A stretch of DNA of 64,000 bases from Isurus oxyrinchus. Its lineage: Eukaryota. Within the stretch, counting starts at the first letter, position 1. Every line of letters starts with the position of its first letter. The notes below the pieces were generated by a model. The model did no database searches. It had not been told where the DNA came from and was given only the letters and a program-made list of their open reading frames with translations. The stretch spans positions 86,552,001-86,616,000 of the forward strand of contig JANJGN010000017.1 in the NCBI GenBank assembly GCA_026770705.1, given 5' to 3'. Below, piece by piece: positions 27,090 through 39,620 of this stretch. A program made the position numbers and the translations under genes.

Positions 27090-27880
27090 TGAGGATAATT
27101 CAAAGGATTTGTTTTCCATGGTCATGTAGCTGTTAATCTATAAAATATTTTGGACATTTTTTTTCTTTTAAAATCGAGATTTACTCTCTTGGTGTCTCTT
27201 AATTTCATTAAAGCCAGCTAGTGTGGGCAATTTGATGAGAACTCGTTTTGCTATGCAAAAGAAATACCGTGGATTTGCTTTTTTTGAAGCAGCTTTGATG
27301 AAATGGGTGAAAACTGACGCCTATCTAGCAGATTGCAAACATTGTGCTTATAAGACTAAATAATTGGTACAATGAAAGGGGCTTGACTGTTAGAGGGGCT
27401 TACTGCAGAGGATGTTGACACAATGAGAAATAATTTATGTGGAGCTGGTAGTCATAACTTCAATATTTTTCGCGTTTACAGTGAAGAGGCAATGTAAGAT
27501 GAAAAGATAGTTGAAAGCCTCCAAATGCCTACAGAGGAAACAAATGAAAGAAACCTAATTTTGGGTTCGTAAGGTGAAAAGGCTTTGCCTGGTGCTTGGT
27601 TAGGTTTATGGGTGGCTGTTGCCTAAATAGCAATTGGTTGGCGAATTTGCTGTAAAAGCTATGATAGTAGTAAATTGTAGCCATGTGTATATATATTTCA
27701 ACAATGGTAAATTAAAATATTTCGTTTAGTTCAATGTAAAACATCGAGAAATGGTGGACTGATTTCTCAATTTATAGTAAAATTTCAAACATAACACTTA
27801 AAATTATATGTTGTGACACTTGTGTTGTGTTTCCCTCTTGGATTTTTTGATTACTCAGCTTTACGAACTTTCACAGTCAT
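27090..27880 (+). mobile_element. Probable solo LTR or LTR fragment of a related family inserted in the retrotransposon pol region
   Basis: AT-rich non-coding block between PR and INT. Its 3' end (tttccctcttggattt...) resembles the end of the 5' LTR near 24295. Boundaries are approximate. Confidence 0.35.
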
Positions 27881-29525
27881 AGCTGCCTTGCTACGGTAAG
27901 TGAGGCTCAGAAAGCAGATACTGACTTAAACACGTTAACACATCAGCTCAGACTGAAGCTGAGGCTGAATCAGTTCAGGCTGCTATTTCCTTAAAAAATG
28001 TAGCCGTGCTGAGGAAGTGGAGGCACCCTCACAGACAATCAGATAATGAATGAGGGGCTTTTCATCAGAGAGTGGTATCACCTAAATATCATAAGACATA
28101 TTGCAAGTAGTGCGTGAAATGTCAATGGGAGGACATGTAGGAATACGGCAAAACAAACCATCTACTTAACTTTGCCAAGACTTCATAAGAATGAATTGTA
28201 AATTAGTAAAACGTGTCATGCATTTCAGCTAGTAGGATTAACCTCAATATGTAATCAAACCTGCACTTTACTATCCATACCAGTTTTTGAAGAACAATCC
28301 ATTAGGTTATTAGTAGATTGTGTAGGTTCATTACGCAAAATGAAAGCAGGACATGAGAATATAATTCCAATTATGGATATGACAACCCAAATTGCAGAAG
28401 CTATTGCTTCATTCACAAGTATAGCCATGGTGGTATTGGAATGGTTAACACGGATTTTCATTTGTTCTGCTGTGCCAATTGAATTACATTCTGTCCAAGG
28501 TTCTAAGTTCGTGTTAATTCTTTTTCAGGGCACAGTCAGCAGTGTGGGCATCAAACAAATAATATCATCTGCCTAACACCTGTAGACAGAGGCAGCCTCA
28601 GAGGGATATCATCAGACTGTCATACCCATGATTAAGGCATGTTGCTTTGACTACACAATTGATTTTGACAAAGGCTTAGATTTCTTAATATTTGCTACCC
28701 GAGTTCCTTCGAGTGAATCTACTGGATAATTCCATTCGAATTTGCCAATGCTCATTAAAAAGAGGTACCTTAAAAGTGATTCAGGAAAGGTTCATTAAGC
28801 TGAAAGATGAATCCCCCTTGTTGGATTACGTGCCTATGTTTCAAGAACGTCTCAGTGATGTACATAATTAGCACGACTAATGCCATTTGAGTTTAAAACA
28901 ACCCCAGCTACATTTCAGATAATTTTTGAATCAAGGAGCTGGAGTGAATAACCGTGTGACTTATTTAGACAATGTTTCAATACATAGCAAAACGTGGGAA
29001 GAATATGCAAAACAATGGGTTGAACTGTTTAAACAATTACAGTTGTGTGGCATAGACATAATTCTGACCAAAATCAAACTTGTAAAAATCATAGGGATCT
29101 CACAAAGGTCTCATCGTAGGTGTACAGCCAGAACAGCAAATGTGAACGCACAAAAGAATTCTACATTCCTGAAACATAACCAAAAATCATGAGGTTTTTG
29201 GGAATGCGTGTTTTTTAAACGAAATTTGTGCCTAACCTCGGCACAATAGCTGTCCATATCAACAAATTGTTCAGAAAAAAAGGATAAGTGGTATGGTCAG
29301 CATTATGGCAAGGGGTCTTTGAACAGTTGAAGACCGTCTTTAGAAACGAAGCAGTGTTGGCCGTCCCATTACCAATTTTCTTTAAAATGACAATTGATGG
29401 TAGCAACTTTGCAGTATGTAGAGTTGTATTACATGATGATCAGTTAGGGATTTCAAAGCTGGTGGGATTCTTTTCCAAGAAACGAATCAAATGAATTGTT
29501 GCACAGTAGGAAATATAAACTCCAG

Positions 29526-29748
29526 AGATAAAAACAAAACAAAACTGCGGATGCTGGAAATCCAAAACAAAAACAGAATTAGCTGTAAAAACTCAGCAGG
29601 TCTGGCAGCATCGGCGGAGAAGAACAGAGTTGACGTTTCGAGTCCTCATGACCCTTCAACAGAACTAGTTCTGTCGAAGGGTCATGAGGACTCGAAACGT
29701 CAACTCTTTTCTTCTCCGCCGATGCTGCCAGACCTGCTGAGTTTTTCC
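29526..29748. mobile_element. Short Penelope-terminus fold-back insertion, 13-bp TSD
   Basis: Palindrome 29587-29746. atataaactccag at 29513-29525 and 29749-29761. Same terminal sequence as the elements at 25958, 30680 and 59082. Confidence 0.88.
29667..29705 (+). ncRNA. Minimal type I hammerhead-ribozyme-like motif with variant core (mirror copy at 29628-29666, minus strand)
   Basis: agtt-CTGTCGAA-GGGTC-atgag-GACTC-GAAA-CG-TC-aact: stem I agtt/aact, stem II GGGTC/GACTC, palindromic ACGT stem III, GUC triplet. Core position 6 is U, not A. Activity is unknown. Confidence 0.5.
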
Positions 29749-30679
29749 ATATAAACTCCAGTATTGTTGTATTCCCTTCGACACTTTGAAGTTTATATGC
29801 AAAACAAATACAAGGTCGCACTAATCTTCCAAGAGGATAATCCGCTGGCATTGATTTCATAGTTTGAAACTCAAAATGAGAAACTCTTCAGTCAGTTTCG
29901 ATTGTTTTAACCATTCAGTGTAAGGATAATTTATGTTGCCGATAAAGATAATGTGATCTTGGTTGCAATACTTCTGGTGTAAAGTACTTCAATGTGTTAA
30001 AAGTGAAATAAATGCTGAGGATTTTATCACATATAATTCTTGACCAGAAGGGTGAATGGAAGTAAGAATCATGTTTTGTTTTCTATGTGTCACATACCTT
30101 GTGATGAAAAGCCTTTTTGGAACTGGTGTGTTATCTCTTTTAAGGGTGGAGGCATAAAACTTTCATTTACTATTTTTTAATGTTGAGAAAAAACATAACT
30201 TACATTCCTTTTCTCTATTTCTGTTCGGCAGCCATTGAAAAAGGACAATGATTGTTGTTTGAAAGACATGTCTACTGGAACAGGATTACAGATATACAAA
30301 ATGTTGCAGTACAGGAATGTAGTGTGCCATTAAAGGCAGAATGGGGCCGGAATTGAGCACAGAACCAAGGAATGTGCTTGATAACACCACTTTAATGTTT
30401 CATGACCAGGTAACCAGAGCATGTATGGTAGCATTACAAAGAAAAAAAGATCCCGGACTGCAAATATGAAACATCTAATATGTATTTTCCTCTTGTGTCT
30501 ATAATTTGATTTATCTCTCCCTCTCTCCGCCTCCCCCTCTCTCTCTCCCTTTCTTTATCTCTCTCTCTCTCACTCTCTCTCTCTCTCTGAATACACTTGT
30601 AAAAAAGTAGAGGGGACAGCCAATGTTAGAGACATTGAAAGGCAAGTGCTCAACCAGTGAACTAAATAAGAAAGTAAAA

Positions 30680-33450
30680 GTGAAATATTGTGAATGCTGG
30701 AAAACTGAAACAAAGAACTGATAACGCTGGACAAGCTCATTCGACCCACCAGCATTTGTGGACAGAGAAACAGTTAACGTTCCAAGCTCGTATTGTCTTT
30801 CTTCAGAGCTGAAGAGAAGTGCAATTGTGATGGCATGTATACTGCAAAAGTGTGGTGGAGCAGGATCGAGGCCAGAGATGTGTAGGGAAAAAGGAGGGAT
30901 TGACAAGGATGTTATGAACAAAAGGACAAAGGGATGGTTCATTGTAGTGGTTAGTGCTAACTTATGTTCAGATAGAGTCATAAAGGTTAGAAACCAGAGT
31001 GTGATGACTACAGGACAAGGGTAGCATTGTATGAAAGAGCATCCTGGAACAATTAACAGTTGGCCCTGCAAAGGAAGGGGTCGGTGAGGGGCAATGGTTG
31101 GGGAAAAAGCAAGGGATACAAAATCGTATAGAAGGTGGGATAGAAAAGAAGGTAAAACCACGGATTAATAAATAAAAATATAAAAATACAAAATGTTTAA
31201 TAAATTATATATGAATGTAGAAAATGTGTACTTAAGAAAAAAATGGTGAGAATGGAGGAGATATTTCATGGTCTGAAGCAGCTGAACTCAATGTAAACAC
31301 TAGAAAGCTGTAAGGCATCTCATCGAACATGCGGTGCTGGCACTTCAGTTTGCATTAGGATTGTTTAAACATTCCAGCAAGCCAAGGATGGGCATTCTGG
31401 CATGAGAGCAGAATGGTGTGTTGAAATAGCAGGTAACCAGAATGTCTGCATTCTGCTTGCGGGCAGTCAGCAGGCGTTTGGTAAAGTGATCACCCAGTCT
31501 ACGTTTGGTCTTCCCAATGAAGATGAGAGAACATTGGAAGTAGCGGATTCAGTGGAAAAAAATAAACTAGTTGCAAGTCAAGGGCTGCTTAAACAGAAAT
31601 GAATGTTTGGGCCCTTGGACGATATGGAGAAACGAAGTAAAGGGGCATTTGTTTCACCTTCTGTGATAACCTTGGAAGGTGCCATGGGAAGGCGTGGGAG
31701 TAGTGAACCAGGGTGTCCAGGAGATGTGTTTGTTCCATGCATCATGCTGGATTTCGTTAGGATTGATGAGGATCATCCTTTCAATTAGGCACCTGCTGCG
31801 TGACAACTCATGATGGTGGGGGGGGTGGGGGGGGGGGTGTTGGGCGGGGAGTGGCTATAATTTGTTCCCAGAGGGAGGGAAAGAATTGAAGTAACAGGCA
31901 ATGGAGATGTGGTGGACACAGCTGAGTGCCCTGTCCACCGCAGTGTCGGGGGCAGGTGTTGGTTAAGGATGGAGGAATACATGTGAGAAACGCCGTTTTG
32001 AAAAGTGGCATCATTACAAGAGATGCAATGGAAGTGAGGGAAATGTGACAATAGCATGAAGTCCTTACAGGAAGAATGGTGTGCGGAGCTGAAGTCGAGG
32101 TAGATGTGGGAGTCGGTGGGCTTGTACCAAACATTGGTGGAAAGTCTAACACCAGAATTGGAGACAGAGAGCTCAAGGAAGGGAAGAGAAGTGTCAGAGA
32201 AGATGATGGAGAGTTGGAAAATGAAAACAAATTTGATCATTTTTACGAGTCCCATAGGCGACAATGAAGTACCACCGGAACAGTCGATGTACTGAAACAT
32301 GTATTATGGGACAGTGGCTGATTAGGAAAGGAACTATGTATTTTTCACATACCACATGCAGAGACAGGCTCACCTGGGGCCCATCTGGTTACCCATAGTC
32401 ACAGCTTTTATTTGGAGGAAGTAAGACAAGTTTTATGAGAAATTGTTCTGTGAGAAAACAAGTTCAGCCAGCGGAAGAGATCGTGGTGGATGCTAATTGC
32501 CTCTGCCTCTGTTCAAGTAATGAATGGAGATCCATCATACCATCTGGTGGGATAATGAGTTGCAGAGGGAATGGATGTCCATGGTAAAGGGGAGGCGGTT
32601 TCTGCCAAGTAAGTAAAAATTCTTGGTACGGCGTAGGGAATAAGATTAATCACGGATGTAGGTGGGAGTAGACTGGACAAGGGGAGAGGGAACAGAGTCA
32701 ATATAGGGTGAAGTGAGCTGCGTGGGGCAGGAGACGGCTGAAACGATCTTTTTTCTGGGTCAGTCCTCCTTCTGGATTTTGGGAAGAATGTAGAAGTGAG
32801 CTGTCTGGGTTGAGAAACTGAGGTTGGAGTTTGTGGAGCGAATATATCCGGATGAGGTGAGGTCAGTCACAGTCCTGGAAACAATGGCTTGATTTTCGGC
32901 GTGGCCTCATGGTCCAGAGGGAGGTTGGAAGAATTATCTGAGAGTTTGCACCAATCCTCTGCGAGGGTGAGATCATTAAGCTAGTCAGCATCTGCACTGG
33001 CATTGTCGACAGGTTTGATAACAAAGTTATGGTTTTGACCAAAGACAACAGACAGCAAGACATTCAAAAGGAGGCACATTAGAGTGCGTGAGGGGTCAGA
33101 TATTTGAGATGGCCAATTTCACACAATATATCTTATTAAAAAGATCGAAAGCAGGCAGTAGGCCAGACGGAGGGCTCCAATTGGAAGAGAAACTAGAGGC
33201 AGGTAATAAAAGAAGGGAGCACGTAGGAAAAGGCGGCAGAAGCAGGGTCCAGCATCATGCCGAGACCGATAGGACAGTTTTAAGGATCTGAAACTGAGCA
33301 GAGACCATTCATCGTCAGAGAGGGAAAGGCCTGTGTGTGGTGAATGCATGGCATGGGCTGGGATTAGAAGACAGGATGGGGTCAGTCAGAATGGCTGGAG
33401 TGTCCTGGGTGGGAGGACAGCTACCAATGTTTCGTTCATTTTCAAACTAT
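30680..33450 (-). mobile_element. Degenerate Penelope-like retroelement (RT + GIY-YIG endonuclease + terminal repeat)
   Basis: ORF 31785..32300 has FQYIDC, SDTSLPFLELSVS and YKPTDSHIYLDFSSAH (PLE RT). LSLSDDEWSLLS is the N-terminal motif (~33300). The C-terminal tail is at ~31270-31350 and the terminal repeat at 30680-30815. Confidence 0.85.
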
Positions 33451-34094
33451 AACATTCACTTGAGAAATAATGGCTTGATTGCTCGAATTGAGATGAATAC
33501 AGAAAGATTAATTAATTGAAGGCAAACCAGCTCCACACTTAAAAACCCTAATGGTTTAGTCCCTAACTGAGCAGCGACGGGGATTGCTAAATGTTCGGAG
33601 ATGATCAAGTAGACCCGAAAATAAAGCCACAAATTTCTCTTCGGCGCCGAATTGGTGGATCGCGGCTTGCCAAGGCGCTTGGTTGGGCATCCCAGTATTT
33701 GGCCACAGTGTCCATGAACTACAGAGGGGAAACTGCACCGCTGGCCTGCTCCTGGACATTTCTGCCTGTGTGTGAGAGTGGACTATGTTTGAAGACGGGA
33801 TCGGTGGCAAACACCCCTTCTCTGCACCCCACCCCCTCACACCTACAATCAATATTCAGTTTCCCAACCAATCAATTGGGAATGACGTGAATTAATACTG
33901 GCGTATGTGGAACCAATTCCCTGACATGATTCAACTTGTCACAACGATGGCAGTGATTGATTGCAAAGAGAATATATACTTCAATAAACACTGTAGCTTT
34001 CGCTCAGATTGCGCTATGAAGACATGGATTATGCAGTTGAGACAGATTAATTATTTCATTTTCATTCTGCCTCAGTATGAGAGTTGAGTGACCA

Positions 34095-34440
34095 TGTTCC
34101 ACTCCAATAGCCTCAGCCAGCAGGGCAAGGATTCTGCACTGTTAGATGAAACAATAAACAGACAGCCCTTATCCTTATTCACGAGACAGGGGATATCTGA
34201 TTCAAGAGCTGGCAGTTAGCCTAGACCTTCGGAGAAACATCAACCTCCGAACCAAAATAACCAGAAAGTGCTCATCATAACAAGAGCCATTCGCTCTTTG
34301 TGAAAATTTGTTTAAAGCAAACTAGCAACACTGCTTCCTGTAAAACAGTATTAGCATTCCAGAAACAAGGCTTGGGGTATTAAACCGTATGGGGTCTTCA
34401 TGTGACTGGGAAGCCTATATAAAATTGTCAAGTGTTTCCT
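34095..34440 (+). mobile_element. Deu-domain SINE, degraded
   Basis: tgcactgttagatgaaacaataaac and a downstream body resembling the copy at 2580-3020. Confidence 0.55.
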
Positions 34441-35199
34441 GTCACTATCTCTGTTCTCAGTTTGAGAACATGATGCAGCCGAATCTAACAAAAATGTCTC
34501 TGGATGCCTTCCCAGGTCAAATAATTTTTACAGGGCGAGGGGAGGGAGGAATTTACGGCTTTTAATTAATAATAAAATACTTACTGTTGACGTGCTATAC
34601 ACAATCACTCCCAGTAACGTTTACCGGCTTACATGCATTTTTTCTCAGTGTTCTCCATCCCGCTATTTACAACGGCAGCACTCAATTAATTAGTTATTTT
34701 CTATTTTTCTACCGGGTATGGTATGCTTCTTTGAGGTGCCTTTTACCACATGTCTCCCCTGTATCCAGTGGTTCAATTCACGTGTCGGCAATGCATTACC
34801 ATGTTTCTATCCAGAGAAAGCACAATCCAGTGATGGACAGCCGGTGCCCGAGACCTACAAGTTCTCAATGAAATAAATCTTCTTTCCTGGGATCGAGGTA
34901 TTGATTGATTATTATTGCCCAATAATCTCTGACTGTGCATTCCTGATAACTGAATAATGAGCTGCACTCAGAAAAAAAATATTGCATTGATCACAGCTTC
35001 ATATCCGTGTTTTGCCTCTCTTTAAGAAACAAATGTGCCTGAGATTCAGGTGTTAGGAACTGGTCAGGAGAACATATAGGAATTGCAGGAAATTTGAAGA
35101 GGAGAAGACTGCAGGGAATTTCTGTAAGATCAAAATAACCCTTTGTGTAACTGAGTAAGTTAAGAGGAGAATGCACGAATGACAGGCTTCTGATCATTC

Positions 35200-36130
35200 C
35201 CGGTGCCAATATACCGAATTAAGATCCGAGTGTAGAGATGGAGTTCAGGTGTATGAAGTGGAGTTAAGCTGACGAGGGATCTGGGTCATCAGATGAGAAA
35301 ATTGTTAATGGTTGATAAAAGTATCAGGGGGAGGGGAAGGTTTTCAGAGTTTTGGGACAAACCATTGGTAAGTGAATAATTTCACTGGGTGAAGAACAGG
35401 ACATGGAAAAAGTTATGGTGGGTGTGGAGGGGGTCAGTAGAGGGGTAGAGATTTTTTTGAGGGGGCAATGAATTCAGGGGGATGGCCAGAGCTGCAGTGG
35501 AATTGGAAGGGTTTTGACGAGTGGAAGAGTTTCAGTGTGTGGATAAGAGGCTTAGGGTTTTGTAAGAGTTCCATTGCGTGATGTAAGGGATTGGGGTTAG
35601 GGGAGGACTTTCTGTGGGTGGTGAAGTTGGGCCAGGATTAGGGTTGGAGCATGGAATCGGAGGAGAGTGGTGAAATCATCGGTGGAAAATTGCCATCCGA
35701 TGGGGAATTATATCTACTGACTGGGAAGAGGATCATGGGAGTGGAAGCTTTTCAGTAGTGGCAGAATGTGAACAGGTGAGGGCAAGATCTTTGATTGGAG
35801 AAGAAGGGAATCAGAGAATTGAAAGATATTCAGAGGGTGTGTATGGGGATCGTGGGAGGGGGAGAGTTTTGTTCGGTGCCAGGTTGGATAACGGACCGTG
35901 AGGCTTTCAGTGTGTATAGAGGGGGCATGAGATGTGGGGAGCAGCTTCAGAAGTGTGACAGGGATGGGCACGAAGGCAAAGGGAAGGCGATGCATTATTT
36001 GACTGGGGACGGCATCCTGAAGGGGGAGGAGTTGAAGTGGGTGGAAGATCAGAGCCAGGGACATCTTCCATTGGGGGTCGAAGAGGATCAATATGAGGGC
36101 GAAGAGTTTGAGTGGGAAGCGAAGGGTATC
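35200..36130 (-). mobile_element. Purine-rich decayed retroelement remnant, family uncertain
   Basis: Composition resembles the antisense PLE/L2 remnants elsewhere in the window. No clean motif. Confidence 0.25.
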
Positions 36131-37049
36131 ATGGTGAAGGAAAAATGGCGCAGCTTTGAGTTTCTATGTTTCTGTTTACATAAGATAAACGCTGCTTCAT
36201 ACAGCAGCCTGACTAACTCAGAGCATCCTAAAGAGTTTTGCAATCAATGACGTCCGTTTTAATTTTTGTTCCTGCTGTCGGAAGCACAACGCCAACATTT
36301 TATCGATGTCAAGTGAATCAGCAACTTGATGTGGAAAAGCACAGGGTAAGAAACACGGGGAAAAGGACGGAGGGAATAGGTGGATACAACATCATAAAGG
36401 TGGAGGAGGGAAGACGCAAGATTGGGGCAGAGAGGCTGGAGTGGAAATTATTAAGCATAGGGCGCAAGCATTCATTACAGGTGATCTGCAGAAAACAACA
36501 AAAATATGCCCTGCCAGAGATTAGTGTTTGTTCGAAGCTTGTCAAAGGCATGTCCTCACCTTTGATCCATATCACTTGAAAAGCTATTGGAAATGGGAAC
36601 AAGGTTAATTATTTAGCTTCTGGAAAGAGTTGTCGTTTTCATTTGGATTATGATTGTTTTGTCGCTTAACTCAACCTCCTGGCCATGGTTTAATTTCGTA
36701 AAGTACCCAAAATAAATTAAATCCACACTATTTAAAAGGTTTTTTTTTTCAAATGAATTTACACCAAAAAACATTTTTCGGTGCAGGTTGCGAATCTAAC
36801 TTCCCCTTTGTCATATTTAATGGATTCTGACATCACCCCTGAAATAGAATGAATCCTAAATATTTGGACTGGCCCAATCTTCTGGACTCCCACGTCAGAA
36901 GTAGTTATTTCGTTAGATCCAAATTGCATTATATCATATTTCGTTTTAATTATGAGCAATTCACTAGCTCGACATTTTTGACTCTATGTTCCAAGTAATT
37001 CAAACAAAGTCAGCACAATATGCGTTAATAATGCAGCCCTCCAATCCCC

Positions 37050-38650
37050 TGCGGCTGTCTGTTCCAATGTGCGCAACACCAGCTCCGACGTCAATCTATG
37101 CCTCCTGAGAGGCTGTGCCCAGACATGAGCTCAAAATCCTAAATGCTTTCTAGTTCAGAGCATCGTTGAATTGTATCAGATATTCCAACCATTTATACCC
37201 CCCTGCTGTCAGATGTACACTAATAATCCATCAGTGGTATCATTGTATGGGCATTTATTAATTTACTCATTGATTTTCTATCACGTAGCAGATTCTCACA
37301 CTTAGAATAACAAGATATTTGTATCGATCGTTCTTAGGCTCACATTCGATGACTTCTTTTCTACAATGCACCGCATCCGTCCTTTTTGCAACTCAATCTA
37401 TAAATATTGTTTTGAATGGTTGTAGTCCCACCTACGCTGCTAAATGTGTGAGCTGTCTGTGTGCCGGCTGCCACAAAATTGAATATACAGGGTTCTGGTT
37501 CCTCCATCACAATCATGGAAATACATGTCGAAAAGTTGATAATCCAGCGCAGACTTCTGGGTGCGCCACTTGTCACACCTGTGAATCAGCTAAAATTACC
37601 TTCGTGCCAATACCCTGACTCGTATCTCCCAACCAGCTATCAAGCCGTGGCAAAAGTTTCCTTCCGATTAAATCTAAAAACATTATATTTTCTGTTATAA
37701 ACCACAGTCAGCAACCGTATCGCATTCAGTTGAACATCTAAGCAAACAACATATAAAGACACTCCATCCCCACCATGGCTTTGGATTATTGAATTTGTTT
37801 CACGAGAATAATCGTATTATACAGTCCTTCACAAATCCGTGCGAACATAATTTCCTTACTAATGACCAATGAAAGTGCTACTGCGGATGTAAATTTCCTC
37901 AATATAATTGCAGAATAGTGCATGCATAGCTCTTCCAGCCAACTTCATTCACTTCCAGACGCCTGGGTCCCGTCCGTGACGGTCAGTGCAAATCAAGTTT
38001 CATCTCTTTAACTGAATGTGCAACCCCATGCCTCAAATTATACCAGTGTTTGTACGTCTTGAGATGGCTTCTGTCACTCTGCGCGGTGTGAGCTTAATAG
38101 TTGATCGATGATGTCACGGGTTTATTTAACAGGCAAAAGATTAAAATTCTGGGCAAATATACTCTTTTTTCATTTAGGTTACAATATCAAGTGACTTAGA
38201 AATGGGGGGAAAAATAGCTTCTGCACGTATAGAACCCAATGAACCTGCTGGGAGATCGATGATTTCAATGATTATATGTCATTTGAAACATAGACACTTT
38301 GTCTTGTGTTTAGGACAATTTGCTGGTCAAACATCCACATTGTCGTTTGTATCGCTCACCATTGATCTAGATCCACTCATGCTGACTTGGTGCCAAAGAG
38401 AGAGGAGGCAATCGCACTTGTTGGGTTCGTTAGGTTGAATTGAATTAAATTCGTGCTGCGATATATGTGATTTTGCAGCCGAGTTCTTGAAGAAACCCTT
38501 GCTGAAGAAAGGCCTGAGGAGATGAAACAATTCTGTTAAGCTCTATTCTGAACATGATTGTAAAAATGTGCAAGTATGTAGCTGGGATTTTAGAGTATCT
38601 GTACAAAGTATCGATAATTTTTCTCAACCATTGAAATATGCCAAACAATG
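37050..38650 (-). mobile_element. Possible fossil hAT (Charlie/Buster-like) transposase
   Basis: Short minus-strand motifs in the expected order: VSND (~38285), VTDG (~37975), an RVLAR-like stretch (~37610) and RHRLTSELVLR (~37080-37105). Many stops and frameshifts. Confidence 0.35.
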
Positions 38651-39109
38651 ACAATGTTGCTGGTAGCTATGTATACTGACAGAACAGGGCCTGAGCTGTA
38701 GCTCACAGTCCAGCATCGACACGCTTATGTTAGGAATTCCAAGGAGGAAGAGCAGAGTGGATGAACCGCCAGAAATCAGGTGCAGGTAAATGACCAAATG
38801 TGAAAAATGACATGGAGAATTTTCACGTGATAATAGACTATTATATCCGGCAGTGTTTCAATATTACTAAACTCATGTGCTACACAGGTCACATTAGCAG
38901 GTGAACATGCTGACATAAGCCGTCAAGGTCCACAACTTTTCATGTAATCTGCTGGCCCATGGCGTTAACAATACTCACGCTTCCTTCATAGAAAATTTAT
39001 TCAGATATTTTGACTGGTAATGTTCACTCCTTGATAAATCAAGCCGGTGATCGCCATCTTTGCATATCCATTTCCTTCTCTTCAACTGATATAGCATTGC
39101 AATTGAGAA

Positions 39110-39620
39110 TGTGGTTTGAAGCCAGCTTCCGAAATAGCTACGGAACATGTTTTCTCTGAATGCTCACAGTGCTGTTAGTGTGGGATTACCAGGATTTGGG
39201 CCCAGCGTCAGTGAGGGTTGGCGATGTACTTCTGACTTCCGTCGTGCGTGGGCTTGCATGGAAATTTAAGGTGATTGTGCTTCCACGTGTCTGCTCTCAT
39301 TGTCCACAAATAAGGTCGTGGTCACAGCCTGTGATGTGGTAGTTGTTGGGCTTGCTGTCGATGGAGCCTTGCCGAGTTGCTGCAAAGCTACTCGTAAAAG
39401 GTACACAATGCTGTCAGTGTTCGTCACGGTTGGAGGGATTGAATGTTTGTTAATAGGGTACCAATCTAGCGAGACACATTTCCTGGATGTTGCCAAGCTC
39501 CTTGAATGCTGCTGGACAGCGAATTATCCAGCTAACTGAAGAGTATTATATCACACCCCTGACTTGAACCTTGGAGATGGTCGGTAGCCTTTTGAGTTGA
39601 GCTGGTGAGTTACTTACTTG
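39110..39620 (-). mobile_element. 3' part of a second CR1-group LINE family
   Basis: cacagtgctgttag...ccaggattt..cccagcg.cagtga. Homologous copies lie at ~5325-5455, 49340-50830 and 62200-63380. Confidence 0.65.

Larger units (their letters stand above)
23529..30510 (+). mobile_element. Degenerate Gypsy-superfamily LTR retrotransposon, Gmr1-type domain order (gag-PR-INT-RT-RH)
   Basis: Diverged direct repeats at ~23529-23850 and ~30153-30510 share catgtctactggaacagga. Polypurine tract aagggtggagg at 30142-30152. Zn knuckle CLQCN*LGHIRSEC (~25575), protease ILRDTGA (~25862), integrase GHVGIR/LVDCVGSL/HSVQGSKF (28130-28510), RT MPF..TPATFQ and YLDN (28880-28975), RNase H F....DGS..AV..VL (29380-29430). 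Confidence 0.85.

Noticed and set aside
29491-29860. Two opposing ORFs encoding near-identical peptides (KNSAGLAASAEK...)
   Set aside because: Direct consequence of the DNA palindrome; the same peptide recurs at other non-coding Penelope termini (26611, 59022).
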